From: an uncultured Ruminococcus sp. | GTDB lineage: Bacteria > Bacillota > Clostridia > Oscillospirales > Acutalibacteraceae | Length of the DNA: 64,000 nucleotides | Direction of reading: 5' to 3' | NCBI GenBank assembly: GCA_902776375.1 | Contig: CACYPV010000006.1 | Coordinates: forward strand, 893 to 64,892 | Part shown: one piece after another, positions 8,485 to 17,075 of the stretch | Layout of the letters: every line of letters starts with the position of its first letter | How positions within the stretch are numbered: the first letter of the stretch is position 1 | Translations under genes and position numbers: made by a program | The notes under the pieces: generated by a model | Told to the model about the DNA's origin: nothing | The model's database searches: none | What the model saw: the letters and a program-made list of their open reading frames with translations, nothing else

Positions 8485-10695
8485 ATGCGCTGTTATAATT
8501 GTATGAAAGAGCTGCCTACGGATAGCGTCCCGTTTTGTCCGTTCTGCGGCAAGAACCCAAATGAACAGAATCCCCCGCACCGCCTTGCCGCCGGAACAGT
8601 CCTGCATAACAGGTACCTTGTCGGCGCAACGCTGGGCGAAGGCGGCTTCGGCATAACCTACGTGGGCTTTGACCAAACGCTTTATATCAAGGTGGCGGTC
8701 AAGGAGTATTACCCCTCGGGCATCGCCACGCGCTTCAACACCATTTCAAACGACGTAAGAGTAAGCGCGGAGAGGCAACAAGAGAGTTTTGAAAAAGGAA
8801 AAGACAGCTTTTTGAAAGAAGCCCGCAGCGTGGCGCAGTTTTCAAACGAAACCGGCATTGTAGACGTGCGCGACTTCTTCACCGAAAACAACACGGCGTA
8901 TATCGTCATGGAGTTTTTGGACGGCATTGATTTAAACAAGCACATACATAATAACGGTATTATGGAAGCAAAGCAGACCTTTGACATGATGCTTCCGCTC
9001 ATGCGCACGCTCGAAAAAATGCACAGGCAAAACGTCATCCACCGCGACATCTCGCCCGACAATATCATGCTGCTCAAAAACGGCACGCTAAAGCTTATGG
9101 ATTTCGGCTCGGCGCGGCAGTATTCGCGTGATGAATCAAGGTCGCTTTCCGTAGTGCTAAAGCCCGGCTTCGCTCCGTTCGAGCAGTACAGCCGCAAGGG
9201 AAAGCAGGGTCCGTGGACGGACGTGTACGCCCTGTGCGCCACTATCTACGCGTGCATAACAGGTAAAGCGCCCTCAGATTCACTCGACCGCTCGGTTACC
9301 GACGATTTAAAAAAGCCCTCGGAGCTCGGCATTTCGATACCCGAAAACCTCGAAAAAGCGCTGATGAAAGGGCTCGCCGTTCATCGTGAGAACCGATTCC
9401 GGAACATGAGCGAGCTTATTGCGGCAATTGAGAAAAAACCTGTACCGACTGAAAAGAAAAAAACCGAGGCAAAAGAAAACCTAACGATCGTCACAGACGA
9501 TAAGGAAAGTGACGAAAGCAAAACCATTGCTGCGGACGATGCGGAAAACAACAAAAACAAAACCATTGACGCAAATGAATTAAAGAAAGACGAACAGAAA
9601 ACAGTTTCGGCAGACGCACCAGTAATGGCAAAAAAGCCTGTTGATTGGAAACAAGCTAAAGAAACCGATAAAACAAATGAGAAAAATAAGCGCGGCAAAA
9701 AGGTGCCGTTAATAATCAGCTCAATCGCATTAGTGCTGGTATTGGCAATTGTGGGCGTTTTTGTTGTTAAGCCAATTTTTGATAAACAATCAGAATCATC
9801 ATCGTCGGGATCGACAACTTATGGCGATGAACAAAAGCAAATACGGGAGGGCTTGTCAAAGCAAACGATTTCAGCGGGGTCTTATCACACTGTCAGCTTA
9901 AAATCGGATGGCACTGTCGTTGCTACAAAAATACCCGATGATTCTATGCATGATGTATATAATAAGGGTCAATGCAATGTCGGCGATTGGAAGGATATCG
10001 TCGCGATAAGCGCGGGTGAATACCTCTCTGTTGGCTTAAAATCGGACAGCACTGTGGTTGCCGTGGGATATAATGATTCAGGTCAACTCCACGTCAGAGA
10101 CTGGAAAGATATTGTCGCAGTAAGCGCGGGAAATAATTTCACTGTCGGCCTGAAATCGGACGGCACTGTTGTTGCTGCGGGATTAGATTCGAATGATCAA
10201 TACGACATTGGCGGTTGGAATGATATCGTAGCGGTCAGTGCAGGAAGGCGCCACACTGTCGGCTTAAAATCGGACGGCACGGTAGTTGCCGCGGGAGATA
10301 ATGAATACGGTCAATGTGATGTCAGCGAATGGGAAAATATCATTGCAGTAAGCGCGGGATATGACCACACCGTCGGCTTGAAAGCTGACGGCACGGTAGT
10401 AGCCGTAGGTTATTATTACTCCGGTCAATGCGACGTCGGCGGTTGGAAGGATATCGTAGCGATAAGCGCGGGAGAATATCACTCTGTCGGCTTGAAATCG
10501 GACAGGACAGTTGTTGCTGCGGGAAATAATTATCACGGAGAATGTTACGTCAGTGATTGGAAGGATATAGTCTCTGTAAGCGCGGGAGCGAGTCACACTG
10601 TCGGCTTGAAATCAGATGGCACTGTTGTTGCTGTGGGAGATAATTATGACGGTCAATGCGACGTCGGCGACTGGACAAACATAAAAACAAACTAA
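8485..10695 (+). CDS. Ser/Thr protein kinase with N-terminal zinc ribbon, single TM helix and extracellular 7-blade RCC1-like propeller
   Basis: CxxC..CxxC at the N-terminus; Hanks kinase motifs (VAVKEY, HRDISPDNIML, DFGSAR, APFE); a K/E-rich linker; a TM helix (VPLIISSIALVLVLAIVGVFVV); seven (V/I)SAGxxHTVGLKSDGTVVAxG repeats. Confidence 0.9.
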   Translation: MRCYNCMKELPTDSVPFCPFCGKNPNEQNPPHRLAAGTVLHNRYLVGATLGEGGFGITYVGFDQTLYIKVAVKEYYPSGIATRFNTISNDVRVSAERQQESFEKGKDSFLKEARSVAQFSNETGIVDVRDFFTENNTAYIVMEFLDGIDLNKHIHNNGIMEAKQTFDMMLPLMRTLEKMHRQNVIHRDISPDNIMLLKNGTLKLMDFGSARQYSRDESRSLSVVLKPGFAPFEQYSRKGKQGPWTDVYALCATIYACITGKAPSDSLDRSVTDDLKKPSELGISIPENLEKALMKGLAVHRENRFRNMSELIAAIEKKPVPTEKKKTEAKENLTIVTDDKESDESKTIAADDAENNKNKTIDANELKKDEQKTVSADAPVMAKKPVDWKQAKETDKTNEKNKRGKKVPLIISSIALVLVLAIVGVFVVKPIFDKQSESSSSGSTTYGDEQKQIREGLSKQTISAGSYHTVSLKSDGTVVATKIPDDSMHDVYNKGQCNVGDWKDIVAISAGEYLSVGLKSDSTVVAVGYNDSGQLHVRDWKDIVAVSAGNNFTVGLKSDGTVVAAGLDSNDQYDIGGWNDIVAVSAGRRHTVGLKSDGTVVAAGDNEYGQCDVSEWENIIAVSAGYDHTVGLKADGTVVAVGYYYSGQCDVGGWKDIVAISAGEYHSVGLKSDRTVVAAGNNYHGECYVSDWKDIVSVSAGASHTVGLKSDGTVVAVGDNYDGQCDVGDWTNIKTN
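9868..10692 (+). repeat. Seven tandem ~114-nt coding repeats (RCC1-like blades) inside the kinase gene
   Basis: Recurrent GTAAGCGCGGGA..CACACTGTCGGCTTGAAATCGGACGGCACTGT segments. The first blade is 46 aa and blades 2-6 are 38 aa. Confidence 0.75.
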
Positions 10696-10739
10696 CGCAA
10701 AAGGCAGGCTCAACAACCGAGCCTGCCTTAACTATTATA

Positions 10740-11423
10740 CTATCCCAAAAACTTTTTGATTTTCCCAACATCCTCATTCGGGAACAGCCTTGTAAAATGC
10801 TCCAACAGCCTTTCATACGATTCCTCGGGCGAGCGGCTGTACACCTTATCGGTAAAGCCGCCGCGCATAAAAGCCTCGGGCGTTGAGTACTCGGCAACGC
10901 CCCAGCCGTAGGGGGTGCCGTATTTGTCCTTCATGTACACGAAGTCGCTGATAATCACATAGCCCTGCGCCTGCAATCGGGTGATTATCGTGTCAAAGCC
11001 CTTGTTGCCGCCCTTTTTGTAGTTGCCGAGCTGCTTAAGTCGCTTTGATATGACCGGCGCGTTCTGCTCAACCAAATCGTAGAGCAGCTTGTCCCTGTAC
11101 TGAGCCAGCCCGTCGTCATACCGCGCGTCAAAGTCGTAGCCGTCGCGGCGGTAATTCGCAAAATCAGGGAACCATTCGGGGCTTATATAGCACGCCTTCT
11201 TCTCAAAAAACTTGCCATAGGCGCAGCCCGTTTCTTTTATAACGGGACCTTTCCATTCCCACGCGCTCCATTCGCCCGTGTCGCTGTGCCACCAGCAGCC
11301 GGGGTCGATATGCTCCTCAATAGAGAATCCGTCTATCGAATTTTCAAAAAACGGCAGAAACCCATACTCGTTTATCGCTTGTATCAGATCTGCCTTTGTC
11401 CTTATAATAAAATCGCCAAACAT
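10740..11423 (-). CDS. Conserved hypothetical protein (possibly AlkZ/YcaQ-related winged-helix family)
   Basis: Clean 227-aa ORF. The Trp/aromatic-rich sequence resembles proteins I recall annotated as AlkZ-related; the family assignment is from memory only. Confidence 0.45.
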   Translation of the reverse strand: MFGDFIIRTKADLIQAINEYGFLPFFENSIDGFSIEEHIDPGCWWHSDTGEWSAWEWKGPVIKETGCAYGKFFEKKACYISPEWFPDFANYRRDGYDFDARYDDGLAQYRDKLLYDLVEQNAPVISKRLKQLGNYKKGGNKGFDTIITRLQAQGYVIISDFVYMKDKYGTPYGWGVAEYSTPEAFMRGGFTDKVYSRSPEESYERLLEHFTRLFPNEDVGKIKKFLG

Positions 11424-11472
11424 AATACCACTTCAAGCTATGGGGAGCCGCCGTAAAGCAGCTCCCCCCATT

Positions 11473-13776
11473 TTAATCTATCGTAAAATAATATCTTCCG
11501 TTCGCGTAGGTCTGGTCGACCGCGCGGTAAACATGCGGCGCGCCGTCGTACGGAATCTTCTCGGTCTGCACCGTGCCGTTATTAAAGATGACATATTCGG
11601 TGTAGTCGGTCAGCTCGACCGTATACGCCGCGTGTCCGTCAATGTCCGCAGCGGGCGTCATCGCAACGCCCGGCCACTCAAAAGGGACTGTCGACCCTCC
11701 GTAATAATACGCCTTTATCTCGCCCGTCCAGTCCAGCGTGTTCACAAAGGTGACCGTGCGGTTCGCGGGCTTAGGCTGTTCCACAGGAGCGGAAAAGCCG
11801 GCTTTAATTCTTTGAAGCTGCGTCACGTCAGAGATATTTATCTTCTCGTCGTCGTTTGCGTTGGCGAGCTCATACTGCAGCGGAGTCAGCTCCATATACT
11901 CAGCCAAGTATCTCTGCACCTCGGTGATGTCGTTCACATCAAACTCGCCGCTGCGGTCAACATCGTAGCGCACCTTCGAGCCCTTATACGAAGCGTACAT
12001 TTCGTTTGAAAGCCACGCCGCGCGGTTGAGCATCCAATCGCGCGCATAGTTGAACATGCCCCTGAAATCGCCGCTGTAGCTCGTGTTAGCCGAGGCAACG
12101 GTGTATTCGCCGGTGAAGAAGTCAAATCCGGCTTTCTTCATCGGATTGCGCGGAGCTATCCAGCTTCCGGTATTCAGCAGCCAGCCGCTTTTGTAGTTCA
12201 TGGCGGCGCTGTCCGAGATAAGCGAATAATACTTGTCTGCGCTGTACATCTCAGGCTCGATATACGGGTTTTTCGTCTTGCCGCTGAAATGGTTTATCGC
12301 GGGCATGAAGTCCTCAAACCAAACCTGCGCGGCAGTCGCCTGCACCTGCTTGTTGCGCGAAAGCAGATTCATAATATTGTAAGTATAAACCTCGGTGCTG
12401 CTCTTGCCCTTGAAGCGGCACCACCAGCCCGTATACTGCTGATAATCGCTTACGCCCATATTCGTCAGGTCGCGGCCTACGCCCACAGCGTTGCCGAGCG
12501 AGTTGTCGTAATCCCACACGGGCGAGCCGTAGAACTTATACTTTCCTTCCTCATCGGGCTTGTAAGTAAAGAAGGTGGACGATACGCCCGCGTCCCAGTT
12601 TTTGCCGAGCTCGTTTATCAGGTAGAGCTTCGCCGCCGAATCCAGATCGATCAGATCGTCGATAGCCGTGCTCGTCTTTTTAATAGCCGTGCGGCATTGC
12701 TTCAGCAGAGCGTTGAACTTTTCCGCGACATACGCCTTTACTTCCTCGTAGCCGGGGTTGCCTGGATCGATCTCGGGCGCTTTTATCGTGACCTTTATTC
12801 CGCCGTCGCAGGTGACATAATAATCGTCGCCGCCCGCGCTGGCGTCCACCTCGGCGATAAACGAAAAGTCCTCCTTGACGGTTTCGTCCTCGTTTAGGTA
12901 ACCCTCCTCGTCAACGTCGGTCACAAGGCTGCCCGCCTCGACCTTCTCCGTCATCATGTAGGAGCCCCAGTAAAAGCCGTTAACGTAAAAATCGACAAAG
13001 CGCGAATCCGAGGCATAGGGCATTCCCACCGCGTCGGAAAGGTCATAAAGGATGCGGTTGCGCGAAAGCGAATCATCCTGATAGTTGGGCAAAATGGAAT
13101 ACTTCTTGTTTTTCTCCATGCCCGCTATCGATACCTTCTTATCGTAGGTGATGTTATATCCCTTTTTGGGCTTGTCCCACGAGGTGTTGCCGCGGCCCTT
13201 GATCTTCTTTATCGTCGTGTTGTCGATCTTGCCGTCGGCTTCAACTATAGCGCCAGTAGCCTTGGCGCTGTTCGACTTGTCAACGTTCAGATACGACATA
13301 AGGTCGCTTCCCTCGCCGTCAGCGTCGGGGTTGTTGATATAGACCGCCGCCTCGGCGCTCGACTTCATGTATCTCAGCGTAAAAGTGCTGCCTGCCGCAG
13401 TCACGCGGTAGCTTTGCTCGGTCGAATAAGGCACTGTCTCCGTTTCGCCCGCCGCGATGGTAACGCCGTTAAGGGTGACCGCCGAGGAAAATCCGTTGTA
13501 AACGTCTACCTCCTCGTCGCCTGCGGACACAGGCAGGAAAAAGTATTTTTCCGTTGGTGCCGCAACCAAAAAGCGTTCGTCATGGACGCTCTGCCACGCC
13601 TGCCACGCCTCGCTGTCCTTGGAGCCCGAAACCGCGTGAACATAAAGCGCCTGCTCCGACGCGAAATCCGAGGGGGCAAAAACGACCTCCTCAACTTCTT
13701 CCGCAGAGGCGTTTAGCACGGGAACGCAGCCAAAAACCAGCATTGCGGACATAAACCCCGCAATCAGTTTTTTCAT
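11473..13776 (-). CDS. Secreted CotH-family kinase-like protein with dockerin and C-terminal starch-binding-type module
   Basis: Signal peptide; CotH core (GRGNTSWDKPKKGYNITYDKK..NRILYDLSDAVGMPYA..FYVNGFYWGSYMMTEKVE); dockerin loops DVDRSGEFDVND and NANDDEKINISD; C-terminal TFVNTLDW..AYYYG..EWPGVAMT module like those in the amylase. Confidence 0.85.
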   Translation of the reverse strand: MKKLIAGFMSAMLVFGCVPVLNASAEEVEEVVFAPSDFASEQALYVHAVSGSKDSEAWQAWQSVHDERFLVAAPTEKYFFLPVSAGDEEVDVYNGFSSAVTLNGVTIAAGETETVPYSTEQSYRVTAAGSTFTLRYMKSSAEAAVYINNPDADGEGSDLMSYLNVDKSNSAKATGAIVEADGKIDNTTIKKIKGRGNTSWDKPKKGYNITYDKKVSIAGMEKNKKYSILPNYQDDSLSRNRILYDLSDAVGMPYASDSRFVDFYVNGFYWGSYMMTEKVEAGSLVTDVDEEGYLNEDETVKEDFSFIAEVDASAGGDDYYVTCDGGIKVTIKAPEIDPGNPGYEEVKAYVAEKFNALLKQCRTAIKKTSTAIDDLIDLDSAAKLYLINELGKNWDAGVSSTFFTYKPDEEGKYKFYGSPVWDYDNSLGNAVGVGRDLTNMGVSDYQQYTGWWCRFKGKSSTEVYTYNIMNLLSRNKQVQATAAQVWFEDFMPAINHFSGKTKNPYIEPEMYSADKYYSLISDSAAMNYKSGWLLNTGSWIAPRNPMKKAGFDFFTGEYTVASANTSYSGDFRGMFNYARDWMLNRAAWLSNEMYASYKGSKVRYDVDRSGEFDVNDITEVQRYLAEYMELTPLQYELANANDDEKINISDVTQLQRIKAGFSAPVEQPKPANRTVTFVNTLDWTGEIKAYYYGGSTVPFEWPGVAMTPAADIDGHAAYTVELTDYTEYVIFNNGTVQTEKIPYDGAPHVYRAVDQTYANGRYYFTID

Positions 13777-14007
13777 TGGTACATCATTCCTTTCAGAGTA
13801 ATTTTTTACAAATATTTTAAAAATGTTTGTTTATTTTCATTTTATCACAGTGCTGTCACATAAGCAAGCACAATTTTTCTTTTTTTTATGAATTTTCGGA
13901 ATCCTCTTTATTTTTGCAAAATTATTTGCTATAATAGCTCTGAAGCGGCATATCGATTTGGAACGAAGGTATGCAATGAAAAGAACACCAATTAAGGAAG
14001 TGGTAAA

Positions 14008-14910
14008 ATGTCCATGACAAACACAACAAAAAAGAACATTTTTAAAAGCGCTCTCGCCGCGCTTCTCGCGGCAACTATGATCGCAGGCGCAATGGCAGGC
14101 TGCGGCTCCGGCTCAACAAGCTCAAAGGCTGAGGTAAGCGCCGCAAACGAAACACAGGTCGTCACCCAGGTCGTAAACGGCGTTTACGTCGACGAAAACG
14201 GCCAGCCGATCACCGACGCCAACGGCGACTTCATCCCCGCGTCCGAGGCGGCAACAACTGCCGGCGACAAAACGTCCAAGGCTAAGGACGACAAGCAGAG
14301 CAGCGCCGACAACAAACAAAACTCCAAGTCGGGCGATACAAGCAAGACCCAGAGCAGCGCTTCATCCAAAACCAACAACACGCAGAATTCCGGCGCTCAG
14401 CAGTCGGCAGGCTCCGGCAACTCCGGCAGCGGCGAAAGAACCAAGACCCCGTCCGGCGCAAAGAACAGCGCCACCAAAAAGTCGACCAAGGCAGACGACT
14501 CCGCCAAAGAACTCACTATCGGCGGCAAGAGCTACAAGGTCGGCGACAAAGTCACCTGCACCTATTTCCTGACTGTTCCCCAGCCCATGCTCAACTTCCA
14601 GGGCAGAGTAGAGTATGACAACACCATGCTCAAAAAGACCAACGCCTATCTCGTAGCGCCCGCAAGCTACAGCGCGATGCTCAACGCCACGCTCGACAAC
14701 CGCGTAGTATTCAACGGCTCCGACCTCAGCGGCTACGACTTCACCGAGCCCGGCTACGAATTCCTCGTTGTAGAGTACGAGGTGCTCAAAACAGGCACGA
14801 CCGAGCCCGCCATCACCTTCGAGGTCATCACCGATACCAACGACAAGGCATACGCCGGCGCCGACGGCGTCCTCTCGGGCGGCGCAAAGGTCATGAGCGT
14901 TTATTCGTGA
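14008..14910 (+). CDS. Lipoprotein with low-complexity S/K/Q/N linker and C-terminal cohesin-like domain (scaffoldin-like)
   Basis: Lipobox AMAGC. The C-terminal ~140 aa (KVGDKVTCTYFLTVPQPMLNFQGRVEYDNTMLKK..) follow the cohesin pattern (vGdxvxvxvxl...gxqxxlxYDxxxL). Confidence 0.6.
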   Translation: MSMTNTTKKNIFKSALAALLAATMIAGAMAGCGSGSTSSKAEVSAANETQVVTQVVNGVYVDENGQPITDANGDFIPASEAATTAGDKTSKAKDDKQSSADNKQNSKSGDTSKTQSSASSKTNNTQNSGAQQSAGSGNSGSGERTKTPSGAKNSATKKSTKADDSAKELTIGGKSYKVGDKVTCTYFLTVPQPMLNFQGRVEYDNTMLKKTNAYLVAPASYSAMLNATLDNRVVFNGSDLSGYDFTEPGYEFLVVEYEVLKTGTTEPAITFEVITDTNDKAYAGADGVLSGGAKVMSVYS

Positions 14911-14917
14911 TAGAGCC

Positions 14918-14975
14918 TGTCATCCTGAGCGGTGCCGAAGGCGATTTCACGAAGTGAAATAGTCGAAGGAGCCCC
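14918..14975 (+). repeat. Two-hairpin repeat module 'B' (TGTCATCCTGAGCGG..GTCGAAGGAGCCCCC), solitary copy in a 3' UTR
   Basis: Shares conserved ends with copies at 26270-26330, 26347-26408, 28406-28467 and 63613-63673. Internal hairpins are GCC-GAA-GGC and ATTTCAC-GAA-GTGAAAT. Confidence 0.75.
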
Positions 14976-15025
14976 CTTCTTCGCGAAGCAAACCATAACC
15001 ATTAATTGAAAATCGATAATTTAAA

Positions 15026-15059
15026 AACATAGGCTGCAAACAGCAGTCTATGTTTTTTT
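15026..15059 (+). terminator. Rho-independent terminator after the cohesin-like lipoprotein gene
   Basis: An ACATAGGCTGC..GCAGTCTATGT stem is followed by TTTTTTT. Confidence 0.7.
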
Positions 15060-15187
15060 GTAAACTGTACCCTTTTATTTTGTGATATCTGTCTATTTTT
15101 TTATGCACAGATATGTGTTAAAATCCAACTGTACATATAAATTTATAATATTTGTGCGTTATTAAAGGTACAGTCAGGAGGGTCGGC

Positions 15188-16024
15188 ATGGCTAAAAGAG
15201 CAATGGTAATAAACGATCTGTCGTCGTTCGGCAGGTGCTCGCTCACAGCGTACATCGCTGTTTTGTCCGCTATGGGGCACACGCCCTGTCCCCTGCCCAC
15301 CGCCGTACTCAGCGCGCAGTCTGAGTTCCCCGACTATTTCGGCATGGAGCTGACCGACGCTATTACCGGATACAAAAAGGCTTGGCAAAAGAACCGCGAA
15401 CGCTTCGACGGCATAAGCACGGGCTACTTTGCAAACAGCCGCCAGCTCGACCACACGGCGGACATAATAAACACCTTCCGCACCGAGGGAAGCGCGGTGC
15501 TCGTAGACCCCGTCATGGGCGACAACGGCAGCCTTTATCCCGATTACGACAAAGCCTGCTGCGCAAAGATGAAGCAGCTTATATGCACCGCCGACGTCAT
15601 CACGCCCAACCTGACCGAGCTTTGCCTGCTGACCGATACCGCTTACGCCGATTTGACCGCGCACAGTGCGGCACATGGCTATTTCGACGAGATTACAGCC
15701 CTTGCAAGGCAAATCATGCGGCCGCTCGGCGTTATCGTCACGGGTATCCGCAGCGGCGGCGACGTGTGCAACCTAGCCGTGACGGGCGACGAGGCGAGGT
15801 TCTTTCGATGTAAGAACGCCGGCGAGAGCTTTTCCGGCACCGGAGATATTTTCTCGGCGGTCATATTCGGCTGTATACTCAGCTGTAAAACATTGTTTGA
15901 TGCGGCTCGGCTTGCAACAGACTTCATTGAACGCTCGATAGCCGACACTGTAAAGGAGCCGCACGACCCGCTTTACGGGGTGAATTATGAAAAATTCCTA
16001 ACTATACTTGCAGAGGTGAAATAG
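15188..16024 (+). CDS. pdxK: Pyridoxal/pyridoxamine kinase (ribokinase superfamily)
   Basis: MVINDLSSFGRCSL, DPVMGDNG and SFSGTGDIFSA motifs typical of PdxK/PdxY. The start is set at the ATG at 15188 behind a CAGGAGGG SD. Confidence 0.8.
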   Translation: MAKRAMVINDLSSFGRCSLTAYIAVLSAMGHTPCPLPTAVLSAQSEFPDYFGMELTDAITGYKKAWQKNRERFDGISTGYFANSRQLDHTADIINTFRTEGSAVLVDPVMGDNGSLYPDYDKACCAKMKQLICTADVITPNLTELCLLTDTAYADLTAHSAAHGYFDEITALARQIMRPLGVIVTGIRSGGDVCNLAVTGDEARFFRCKNAGESFSGTGDIFSAVIFGCILSCKTLFDAARLATDFIERSIADTVKEPHDPLYGVNYEKFLTILAEVK

Positions 16025-16198
16025 TGTGAAAAAGTAAAAAACAGGCATTTTAGCCTGTTGAACACCAAAACAAGACCCACCTAAGTGAGCCTAAAATCGC
16101 AATAATTCCCACCAATTCGGTCAACTGAAAACGGAAAATTTAGCGGCTTCCGTTTTCATCTCTATTTGTGCCGGTGCCGCACCGGCATGTGGATTAAT

Positions 16199-16756
16199 AT
16201 GCAAACTATCAAAGTAAAAGCAAAAGCGCAAAAATCAAAAGCAACGGGAAAAGCGCTGGCGGTCAGCGCGATGTTCGCGGCGCTGATAACCGTGACAACC
16301 GCGTTTATAAAGATACCCGCGCCAATGGGTTACGCCCACGCCGGCGACTCAATGGTGTATCTCACCGCAAATGTCCTGCCCGCGCCGTTCAGCTTTATCG
16401 CGGCGGCGATCGGCGGAGCGCTTGCCGATATAATGAGCGGCTACGCGGTATGGGCTATACCCACCGCCATCATCAAGGCGTTGAATGTTCTGCCGTTTTT
16501 TCTTATTCGCTTAATTCTTAATAAGAACAATAAAGACGACAAAATCTTACGCCTGCCAATCATAGCGGCGCTCGTCGCCACGACGGCGGTCACTGTCGGC
16601 GGATATTTTATCGCCAACGCCCTGCTCTACGACGTTTCCGCGGCTATAGCTGAAACGCCCTTCAACATCATGCAGTCGATCGTCGGCGCCGTTCTGTTCA
16701 CCGCGCTCGCGGCAGCGCTTGACGCCGTAAAATTCAAACAGCATATACTTAAGTGA
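16199..16756 (+). CDS. ECF transporter S component (substrate unknown; vitamin B6 suggested only by the adjacent pdxK)
   Basis: About 6 TM helices and an ECF-S-like sequence (AMFAALITVTTAFIKIP..HAGDSMVY..). Confidence 0.7.
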   Translation: MQTIKVKAKAQKSKATGKALAVSAMFAALITVTTAFIKIPAPMGYAHAGDSMVYLTANVLPAPFSFIAAAIGGALADIMSGYAVWAIPTAIIKALNVLPFFLIRLILNKNNKDDKILRLPIIAALVATTAVTVGGYFIANALLYDVSAAIAETPFNIMQSIVGAVLFTALAAALDAVKFKQHILK

Positions 16757-16892
16757 ACATGTGTAAATGCCAAATAAATATTGACATTCCGGCTTTTTTC
16801 CAATATAATAAAAAACAGAAACGGCATAAGCTGTTTCGCAATATGTTTTTGGGCTATAAGATTAACCGCACTGTACTGCTACTACAGGGCGG

Positions 16893-16958
16893 TTATTTCT
16901 TTATGATAAGGACGATCACTGTCACTAAAAAAGCGAGATACACTACGTACTCCATCAT
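16893..16958 (-). CDS. 21-codon hydrophobic peptide MMEYVVYLAFLVTVIVLIIKK (holin-like / type I toxin-like)
   Basis: Absent from the ORF track. An AAAGGAGGTG SD ends 2 nt before the ATG (short spacing); counted from the second ATG the spacing is 5 nt. Single TM stretch ending in KK. Two downstream stem-loops on the minus strand (16864-16894; 16819-16838 followed by a T-run). Confidence 0.45.
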   Translation of the reverse strand: MMEYVVYLAFLVTVIVLIIKK

Positions 16959-17075
16959 TTCACCTCCTTTCACAGAGGTGTCAAAACAGCGAAAAAAATA
17001 AAATGCAATGAATCAAAAGGCTCCTAAAAGCATCTAATAAATGAATCGGCTGATTCAGAGAAAAGGAGTGAGGAA

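Noticed and set aside
16025-16198. Possible riboswitch between pdxK and the ECF-S gene (three small hairpins).
   Set aside because: The hairpins are short and unrelated to any riboswitch consensus I recognise. The first is most simply a weak pdxK terminator. There is not enough evidence to call a regulatory RNA.
16753-17001. 82-aa plus-strand ORF between the ECF-S gene and the membrane protein gene.
   Set aside because: It has no SD and an odd composition, and it overlaps a better-supported minus-strand mini-gene with its own SD and terminator.
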